Positions 57,024 through 64,000 of a stretch of DNA of 64,000 nt are shown in pieces (position 1 is the stretch's first letter; each line of letters begins with the position of its first letter). Position numbers and translations under genes: made by a program. The stretch is from Pseudomonadota bacterium. GTDB lineage: Bacteria > Bdellovibrionota_B > Oligoflexia > Oligoflexales > CAIYRB01. Below the pieces are notes generated by a model. That model worked only from the letters and a program-made list of their open reading frames with translations. It was not told where the DNA came from and made no database searches. The stretch lies in contig JANOTL010000065.1 of NCBI GenBank assembly GCA_031416315.1, positions 1 to 64,000 of the forward strand, written 5' to 3'.

Positions 57024-59381
57024 ATGAGTGACCATGCCGCCAAGAAGCTGAGCGTCGCGCCGCCGTCCCCAGGTAACGGCGCTTTCCCGTTTCGCACCTA
57101 TCTCGACCTGACGCCGCTCCTCGAGCACTGGCAGGGGCTCGCCGCCGGCGATAACCCTTGGCTCGCGGCCCAAGCCAAGGAGATCCTCCGCGACGCCGAG
57201 CGCCGTCCCGAGCTCTTCGGCCCGAAGGACCACGACGAAGGCGTCGCATTGGTCCAGAAGCATCGCGCCTTCGTCGACGCGTTGATGGCGGCGATCTTCG
57301 CGACCGGCCGGCGCGAGTCGGAGCTGGCTTGCGCCATCATCCCTTATAACTACCGCGCCTTCTACACGACGCCGCGCATGGCGTCATGGACCGTCTCCGA
57401 AGACGGCCGAATCATCGCGCGCCCCCGCTTCTCGCTCGAGGAGCGCGACCGTGGCCGCGCGCTCGGCGCGTACTTCGTCATCGCCCGGCGCCTTTTCGGG
57501 ATGGCCCTGCCGCCGCCGATGCTGCGGCTCATCTTCGAGATGGACGACCCCGCGACCCGCATGGCCCGCTATTTCGATCTCCAGATCGATCCGACGCACG
57601 CACGCTTGAAGGTCGACCCCAAGGCCCCGGTCCTCGGCGACGCCGAGAAGGCGCGCCTGACTGCCTCGCCTTTCGACCTCGCGCTCTGGCAGGAGCTATT
57701 GCCCCCCGAGTTCTATTCTTTCACGGGTTTCGCCTTCATGCGGGCCACCGACGTGACCCGCTCCGAGGTGCTCGCCGACGTCAAGCAGCTCCTGATCGAG
57801 CGCGAGTCGATCACCTCGGTGAAGAAAATCCGCGCCATCGAAGAGCGCCTCTGCGTGCTTCTGGGCCGCAAGGGGCTCACGCTCGGCCTCGTCGCGCTGC
57901 ACGAAGGCGGCGTCCTCCGCATCAGCAGCGACGGCGACGAGCGCCAATTCATCCCCCGCCAGGAAGCCGGCGACCTGGCCGCGGTCCAGCGCTCCGCCTA
58001 CGGCCCCGTCCTTCGCTCCGGCCGAGTCACCGTCCTGCGCGACGTCCAGGCCTGCCTCAGCGAAGGCTGCTGCCTCGACGACTCGCTTCGGACGCGCAAA
58101 GTCGGCGGCGCGATCGTCGCGCCTTTGGTGTACATGGACTCGCCGCTTGGTTTCCTCGAGCTCTCGTCGACAGATAAGCTCGACCTGTCCGAGGTCGAGG
58201 CGTCCGTCCTCCGCGACGTCCTCCCGCTGATTGCCATCGCCGTGCGCCGCGGCCTCGACGAGCTGACCGACGCCGTCGACACGGTGATCAAGAGGCAATG
58301 CACCGCCATCCATCCCGCCGTCGAGTGGCGCTTCCGCGACGCCGCGCTGCGCCTCGTCGAAAGCCAGACGGAGAGCCGCAGCGTGCGCGGGATGGAGGCC
58401 ATCGTCTTCAAGGACGTTTTCCCGCTTTTCGCCGGCTCCGACATCCGCGGCTCTTCGTCACGCCGCAACGCCGCGATCCGCGAGGACCTCGACGAGCAGC
58501 TACGTCTTGCCGGCGACGCTCTCGACGCCGCTGCCGCGCGGCGCAGGATGCCGATTCTTGGGATGCTCTCGCTGCGCGTCTCGGAGGCGCGCCGTCGCCT
58601 TGAAGGCGGCTTGCCGGCCGGAGACGAGCTCGCGATCCACTTGTTCCTGGACCACGACGTCGAGCCCGCGCTCGCGCATCTCGCGGCGCTCGACCCCGCG
58701 CTCGCGGGTGTGCTCGCAACTTACCGCAGCGCCGTCGACGGCAACGCCCGCGGCGTCTACCGTGCCCGTGCCCGTTTCGACGAATCCGTGCGGCGGCTGA
58801 ACGCCGCGCTCGCCGCCGTCCTTGACCAGGCGCAGCAGGAAGCGCAGGCGATCTACCCGCACTATTTCGAGCGCAGCGTCACCGACGGCGTCGAGCACGA
58901 GCTCTACGTCGGCGCGAGCCTCTCCGACGGTCGCCCATTCGACCGGCTCCACGTCCGGGATCTGCGCATATGGCAGCTGGAGCTGCTCGCGAAATGTGCG
59001 CGCGAGAACGCCCGCATTCGCCCCGAGCTCGCCGTCCCGCTCGAGACCTGCCATCTCGTCTTGACCCAGGAAAGCCCGATGACGATCGCCTTCGACTACG
59101 ACGAGAAGCGCTTCGCCGTCGAGGGCGCCTACAATATCCGGTACGAGATCCTGAAGAAGCGCCTCGACAAGGCGACCGTCCAGGGCACTGGTGAGCGGCT
59201 GACGCAGCCCGATCAGATCGCGATCGTGTACTCGCAGGACAAAGAGCGCGCGGAATACGTCGGCTACGTCGAGTATCTGACGAGTCGCGGGCTCTTGGCG
59301 GGGCCGGCGCAGGAGCTGACGTTGGAAGATCTGCAGGGGGCGCAGGGGTTGAGGGCGTTGCGGGTGAGAATCGTCGTTTAG
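57024..59381 (+). CDS. GAF-domain protein with conserved C-terminal domain (family familiar from Bacteroidota)
   Basis: IVAPL..LGFLELSS GAF; IHPAVEWRF, SDIRGSS, YPHYFE..TDGVEH, GAYNIRYEILKKRLDKA, ERLTQP. Confidence 0.8.
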   Translation: MSDHAAKKLSVAPPSPGNGAFPFRTYLDLTPLLEHWQGLAAGDNPWLAAQAKEILRDAERRPELFGPKDHDEGVALVQKHRAFVDALMAAIFATGRRESELACAIIPYNYRAFYTTPRMASWTVSEDGRIIARPRFSLEERDRGRALGAYFVIARRLFGMALPPPMLRLIFEMDDPATRMARYFDLQIDPTHARLKVDPKAPVLGDAEKARLTASPFDLALWQELLPPEFYSFTGFAFMRATDVTRSEVLADVKQLLIERESITSVKKIRAIEERLCVLLGRKGLTLGLVALHEGGVLRISSDGDERQFIPRQEAGDLAAVQRSAYGPVLRSGRVTVLRDVQACLSEGCCLDDSLRTRKVGGAIVAPLVYMDSPLGFLELSSTDKLDLSEVEASVLRDVLPLIAIAVRRGLDELTDAVDTVIKRQCTAIHPAVEWRFRDAALRLVESQTESRSVRGMEAIVFKDVFPLFAGSDIRGSSSRRNAAIREDLDEQLRLAGDALDAAAARRRMPILGMLSLRVSEARRRLEGGLPAGDELAIHLFLDHDVEPALAHLAALDPALAGVLATYRSAVDGNARGVYRARARFDESVRRLNAALAAVLDQAQQEAQAIYPHYFERSVTDGVEHELYVGASLSDGRPFDRLHVRDLRIWQLELLAKCARENARIRPELAVPLETCHLVLTQESPMTIAFDYDEKRFAVEGAYNIRYEILKKRLDKATVQGTGERLTQPDQIAIVYSQDKERAEYVGYVEYLTSRGLLAGPAQELTLEDLQGAQGLRALRVRIVV

Positions 59382-59420
59382 GGGTCGAAGCGCGTCCCCT
59401 ATCTATGGCACCCTGCCTCC

Positions 59421-61751
59421 ATGGGCTCCCCTAAAAAAACCCTCTTCCTGTGCTTTCTGGCCCTCGCCGCCTTCGTGCTCGCCGCCGCGCACCTAGTCCC
59501 TCTCCCGACACGCCTCACCACCCCAGCATCTCCCGTCCTCCGCTACCGCGACGGCACCCCTTTCTACGTCTTCCTTTCTCCGGATGAGAAAGCCCGCATC
59601 GCCCCCCGCCCCGGCGACGTCGCCCCCAAATACGTCGAGGCCCTGCTCCGCCTCGAGGACAAGCGCTTCCGTTGGCACCCCGGCTTCGACCCGATCGCCC
59701 TCGGCCGCGCCTTCGCCAAAAACGTCCTGCGCGGCCGCCGCGTCTCCGGCGGCTCGACGATCACGATGCAGCTCGCCCGCATCCTCGAGCCCCGCCCGCG
59801 CACGCTCCGTAGCAAGGTGATCGAGATCGCACGCGCCGTCCAGCTCACGCTCCGCCTGTCGAAGACCGAGGTCCTCGACGCCTACCTGACCTTCCTCCCC
59901 TTCGGCAGGAACCTCGAAGGCGTCGAAGCTGCCGCTTACGCCTACTTCGGCCATGGCGCAGCCGCGCTCACGGCGCTGGAGATCGCGACCCTACTCGCCG
60001 TCCCTCAGGACCCGAACGACCGCTACCCGGCGCCGAAAAACGCCGCGCGCCTCGCCTTCGCCCGCGACCGCATCGCCGGGCGCTTAGGCCTCGCCGTCGT
60101 TCGCGACACGCCGCCGCCCCTCCGTTTGCGGCCTTTTCCCCATCAGGCCCCACATGCGGCTTTCTGGCTGAAGGCGCGCGGCGCCGCGGACTCTCCCACC
60201 TCCCTCGACGGCGGCGTGCAGAAGCTCGTCGAAAATTTGGTGCGTGCCGTCGAGCGCGCCACGAAAAACCAGGGCGTGAAGGACGTCGGCGTCGTGGTCG
60301 TCGAGCACGAGACGGGCCTCGTCCGCGGGCTCGTCGGCGGCTTCGACTTCTTCGCGACGGAGAGCGGCGCGCAGTATCCGGCGTTCGCGGTGCCGCGCTC
60401 GCCGGGCTCGGCCTTGAAGCCGTTTCTTTACGCAGCGGCGATCGACCGCGGCATCGCTTTGCCGGAGCAACTCGTGGAGGACGTGCCGCGCAGCTACGGC
60501 GGCTACGGTCCAAAAAACTACGACGGGCGCTACGCCGGGCTGGTCGATCTGGAGCGCGCGCTGTCGCAGTCGCTGAACGTGCCGTTCGTCACGCTTCTAG
60601 AGCGCCTAGGGATCGAGCGTTTCGTCGGCATGCTGGTGAGCGCCGGCGCGACGCGCCTCGCGGCGATGCCCGGTAAGCTCGGCCTATCCTCTGCCGTCGG
60701 CGGCTTGGAGATGAACGCGCTCGAGCTCGCCGGCTTGTACGCCGCCCTCGCGCGGGATGGCGCGTATCGGCCGCTCGCATTCGCGGAGCCCGCTGGGGCC
60801 GGCGCCGGCCCGAGCCCGGAGGTCTTCGCCCCGGATCTCCCGCTGTTCGCTCCCGGCGCCGCTTGGCTGACCCGCCGCGCGCTTCGCCTGCGCGATCGCC
60901 CGGATTTTCCGCGGCGCCGCGACTTCGCCCGCTTGCCGCGCAACGTCTTCTGGAAGACCGGCACGAGCTTCGGTCATCGCGACGCCTGGGCCATCGGCGC
61001 CGGTCACCGGTACACCGCTGCGGTCTGGTTCGGCAACGTCGACCACGCCGCAAGCTTCGCCCTCGTCGGCGCCGACCTCGCCGCGCCCTTGCTTTTCGAT
61101 GTCCTCGAGGGCCTCGAGACCCCGGAAGATCGGCTGGTCCTCGACTTCCGGCCCGACGATCTCGCCGAAGTGAGCGTCTGCGCTTACTCCGGCCACATCC
61201 CCGGCCCGGGCTGCCGGCACGCCGTGCCCGCGATGGCTTTGAGAAGTGCCGTCCCGACGACCGTCTGCCCTTTTCACGTTGAGCTTGCAGTCGACGTCCG
61301 CACCGGCCTCGCGACCGGCCCTTCCTGCGTCGAGGCGAAGGGCGTCCCGTTCGTGACCGAGCGCCGCCGCTTCATGGTGTGGCCCACCAGCGTGAAACGC
61401 TATCTGAGCGAGGTACATCGCCTCCTCCCCGAGCCCCCGGCGCTGCATCCCGCTTGCCTTGCGACGCAAGGGGACGCCAAAGCTCGACTCGCCATCAGCT
61501 CGCCGCGCGCGGGCCATGCGGTGATCTTGATCCCCGGCCTCTCGCCCGACCGGCAGGAGATCCCGCTCGAGGCGGAGACGGACTCTCTCGCGCAGTCTCT
61601 CAGCTGGTTCGTCGACGGCGCTTTCCTCGGTCGCTTCCCGCCTTCGGAGCGCGTCTTTTGGACGCCGACTCCCGGCGAGCACGAGATCGCCGTCGCCGAC
61701 GGCCTCGGGCTGGTCGCCAGCCGTCGCCTCGAAGTCCGGAGCCGCCCATGA
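59421..61751 (+). CDS. pbpC: Penicillin-binding protein 1C
   Basis: EDKRF, SGGSTITMQLAR, SPGSALKPF, SLN, KTGTS, C-terminal WFVDG BiPBP domain. Confidence 0.95.
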   Translation: MGSPKKTLFLCFLALAAFVLAAAHLVPLPTRLTTPASPVLRYRDGTPFYVFLSPDEKARIAPRPGDVAPKYVEALLRLEDKRFRWHPGFDPIALGRAFAKNVLRGRRVSGGSTITMQLARILEPRPRTLRSKVIEIARAVQLTLRLSKTEVLDAYLTFLPFGRNLEGVEAAAYAYFGHGAAALTALEIATLLAVPQDPNDRYPAPKNAARLAFARDRIAGRLGLAVVRDTPPPLRLRPFPHQAPHAAFWLKARGAADSPTSLDGGVQKLVENLVRAVERATKNQGVKDVGVVVVEHETGLVRGLVGGFDFFATESGAQYPAFAVPRSPGSALKPFLYAAAIDRGIALPEQLVEDVPRSYGGYGPKNYDGRYAGLVDLERALSQSLNVPFVTLLERLGIERFVGMLVSAGATRLAAMPGKLGLSSAVGGLEMNALELAGLYAALARDGAYRPLAFAEPAGAGAGPSPEVFAPDLPLFAPGAAWLTRRALRLRDRPDFPRRRDFARLPRNVFWKTGTSFGHRDAWAIGAGHRYTAAVWFGNVDHAASFALVGADLAAPLLFDVLEGLETPEDRLVLDFRPDDLAEVSVCAYSGHIPGPGCRHAVPAMALRSAVPTTVCPFHVELAVDVRTGLATGPSCVEAKGVPFVTERRRFMVWPTSVKRYLSEVHRLLPEPPALHPACLATQGDAKARLAISSPRAGHAVILIPGLSPDRQEIPLEAETDSLAQSLSWFVDGAFLGRFPPSERVFWTPTPGEHEIAVADGLGLVASRRLEVRSRP

Positions 61752-62410
61752 CCCAGATCCGGCGCACTCTCCCGCTCTCCCTCCTCGTCGCCGTCGCGGC
61801 GCTCGCCATCGCTGCCGGCGCCGGCGCGGTGTGGGTCGTCTACGGCCCGCGCGTCGGCCCGGCGAAGCCGCGCGTCACGCCGTCGGAGCTCGCGACCGAG
61901 GCGGCCGGCGATCCCGTCGACCGGATCGGCGCCATCGACCTCGAGGTCGGCGTCATCGACGGTGCCGAGGACCTCGAGGTCATGGAGAAGGAGTACGACT
62001 GTCCCTCCTGCTCGGCCCGGTCGGGCAAGATCGAGCTCTCCGTCCGAGGCGAAAGGCCGCGCATCCTGCGCAACTCCTACGACGACGGCTCGCACTGCAG
62101 CTTCGACGAGACCTACTACTTCACCCTCGACGGCGAGCTCATTCACGCCGTGACGCTCGAGTCCTGCTACGAGTCCGATGCGCAGCCCGCCGTCGAGCGT
62201 TGGGACGAGACGCGCACGTACTTCCACGGCGGCACCGCGATCGTCAGCCAACGCCGCAGCGCCGGCGCTCAAGAAGAGCTCGACGGCACGGCTTGGGAAG
62301 ACGACGTCGCCCCCGTCGGCGACGCGTTGCCGCGCCGTGCCTTCGCGCTCGTCGACTTCTTCAACTCCGACGAGGACTACGAGACCTTCTTCTCAGGCCG
62401 GCGCCCGTGA
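61748..62410 (+). CDS. Membrane-anchored hypothetical protein
   Basis: ATGA overlap with pbpC; N-terminal TM; beta-rich ETYYF..E.RTYF. Confidence 0.7.
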   Translation: MTQIRRTLPLSLLVAVAALAIAAGAGAVWVVYGPRVGPAKPRVTPSELATEAAGDPVDRIGAIDLEVGVIDGAEDLEVMEKEYDCPSCSARSGKIELSVRGERPRILRNSYDDGSHCSFDETYYFTLDGELIHAVTLESCYESDAQPAVERWDETRTYFHGGTAIVSQRRSAGAQEELDGTAWEDDVAPVGDALPRRAFALVDFFNSDEDYETFFSGRRP

Positions 62411-63172
62411 GCCGGGCTGCGCCGGCTGCCCCTGCTGATTCTTCCGGTGATAGTCGCCGCGGCTGAGCCACTTCTCGATCAGGCAGTAGAACAAGATGAA
62501 GAGGTAGCGCGAGCCCATCTCCTTCACCTTCAGCTTCGACTCGCCCGTCTTCCGGTTGATCCATTCGTTCGGGATCACGGCGAACGTGTAGCCGCGCACG
62601 ATGGCCTTGAGCGGGATCTCGACCGTGAGATTGAAGTGATGGCTCATGTGCGGGCGCGTGCCGTCGATCACGGCTCGGCGGTAGAGCTTGAACGCGTTGG
62701 TGACGTCGTTGTAGCGCAGGCCGAAGATCACCTGCACCATCGCGTTGAAGAAGCGGTTCAAGACCAGCTTGAACGGCGGGTAGTCGTAAACCTTGCCCGG
62801 TGCCGTCCAGCGCGTGCCGAAGACGCAGTCCACGCCCTTGGCCTCCAAAGTCCGGTAAAACGTCACCAGATCCTCGGGCCGATCCGAGGCATCCGCCATG
62901 TAGATCGCGACGGCGTCGCCGGTGTAGCGGTCGAGGCCGAAGCGCACGGCGTTGCCGAAGCCGTTACGACCCGTGTTGGTCACGTAGAGTAGGGTCGAAA
63001 GCTCGGCGGTGAGCTTCTTCAGCAAAGCCTCCGTGCCGTCCTTCGACCGGTCGTTGACGACCAGGATCTCGTGCTCGATCGACTCCGCCACGAGCTTCGT
63101 CTGGAGCGCTCGCACGGTGCCCTCGATGCAGCCTTCCTCGTTGTAGGCGGGAATGACGATCGAGAGCTTCAT
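62393..63172 (-). CDS. Glycosyltransferase family 2 (DPM1/GtrB-like)
   Basis: [34 protein letters not shown]. Confidence 0.92.
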   Translation of the reverse strand: MKLSIVIPAYNEEGCIEGTVRALQTKLVAESIEHEILVVNDRSKDGTEALLKKLTAELSTLLYVTNTGRNGFGNAVRFGLDRYTGDAVAIYMADASDRPEDLVTFYRTLEAKGVDCVFGTRWTAPGKVYDYPPFKLVLNRFFNAMVQVIFGLRYNDVTNAFKLYRRAVIDGTRPHMSHHFNLTVEIPLKAIVRGYTFAVIPNEWINRKTGESKLKVKEMGSRYLFILFYCLIEKWLSRGDYHRKNQQGQPAQPGSRAPA

Positions 63173-64000
63173 CCGAAGCGGTCCGAGGCCGCGTCGACGA
63201 TTTCTTTCAGAATCGCGCGCTGATCGTACTGGTACTTCCACTTCGGGAAGTCACCCTCGAAAGCGCGGACGTCGCTGATCCACCAAATGTGGTCGCCGAT
63301 GCGGGCCTGGTCGGAGAGCGTGAAGTTGACCCGCTTGCCCGAGAGCTCCTCGATCGTGTCGATCGCCTCGAGGATCGAGCAGTTCGAGTGGCGCGAACCG
63401 CCCATGTTGTAGACCGCGCCCGGCTTCGGCGCCTCGTGGAAGGCCCAGAAAGCGCTGACGAGGTCGTTCGAATGGATGTTGTCTCGGACCTGCTTCCCCT
63501 TGTAGCCGAAGATCGTGTACTGCTTGCCCGTGATCGCGCACTTGACCAGGTACGCGAGGAAGCCGTGCAGCTCGGCGCCGGAGTGCGAGGGGCCGGTGAG
63601 GCAGCCGCCGCGGAAGGTCCCGGTCTTCATGCCGAAATAGCGGCCGTATTCTTGCGTCATCACGTCGGCGGCGACCTTCGAGGCCCCGAAGAGCGAGTGC
63701 TTGCAGCGGTCGATCGACATGGTCTCGTCGATGCCGTGCTTGGCCCAGGGATGGCTTTTGTCCAGCTCCCAGCGTTTCTCGTTTTCCACCAAGGGCAGGA
63801 AGTTCGGCGAGTCGCCGTACACCTTGTTGGTCGACGTGAAGATGAAGGTCGCGTCCGGCGTGAACTGGCGCGTCGCCTCCAGCAAGACGAGGGTGCCGTT
63901 GGCGTTGACGGTGAAGTCGGTGAACGGCTCTTTCGCGGCCCAGTCGTGCGAGGGCTGCGCCGCATTGTGGACCACCATCGTCACGTCTTTCGCGTACTTC
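63169..64000 (-). CDS. NAD-dependent epimerase/dehydratase (CDP-paratose 2-epimerase-like), 5' part outside the window
   Basis: [47 protein letters not shown]. Confidence 0.9.
   Translation of the reverse strand, partial: KYAKDVTMVVHNAAQPSHDWAAKEPFTDFTVNANGTLVLLEATRQFTPDATFIFTSTNKVYGDSPNFLPLVENEKRWELDKSHPWAKHGIDETMSIDRCKHSLFGASKVAADVMTQEYGRYFGMKTGTFRGGCLTGPSHSGAELHGFLAYLVKCAITGKQYTIFGYKGKQVRDNIHSNDLVSAFWAFHEAPKPGAVYNMGGSRHSNCSILEAIDTIEELSGKRVNFTLSDQARIGDHIWWISDVRAFEGDFPKWKYQYDQRAILKEIVDAASDRFG

Overview
High-GC bacterial window. Its gene content (many small-signal lipoproteins, a DUF1501/cytochrome module, an Hpt+CheA-like kinase, DUF4360, sigma-28-like promoters) suggests a Bdellovibrionota/Oligoflexia-like organism; this is inference only. 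About 43 CDS/pseudogenes. (i) Dispersed pyrimidine salvage/catabolism set: upp, URC1-like GTP cyclohydrolase II homologue + URC4/DUF1688, udk, mmsA. (ii) An ~18 kb block of almost exclusively secreted/lipoprotein genes between urc4 and upp: EEP nuclease, amidohydrolase, a 1811-aa adhesin-like protein with ~14 unrecognised 4-Cys repeats and a DUF1554-like tip, a possible ADP-ribosyltransferase-fold lipoprotein and a Tat-DUF1501/di-heme module. Five of these lipoproteins share a C-K/R-T-x(4-6)-S/A-x-V/L-K-E/D N-terminal motif. (iii) Envelope genes: GT2, GT-C, HprK-like kinase, PEGA lipoprotein, beta-barrel + YhdP. (iv) A compositionally distinct ~6.5 kb islet with two tandem baeRF3/Balon-like genes, an NhaR-like LysR, a sulP pseudogene and a beta-carbonic anhydrase, bracketed by a 13-bp direct repeat. 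(v) A 346-bp MITE-like element with 52-bp TIRs and a 6-bp TSD. (vi) Alpha-2-macroglobulin and pbpC split by ~10 kb of signalling genes. (vii) Part of a sugar-nucleotide/GT cluster running off the right edge. No rRNA, tRNA or CRISPR array was seen. All family calls come from motif recognition by eye; no searches were run.
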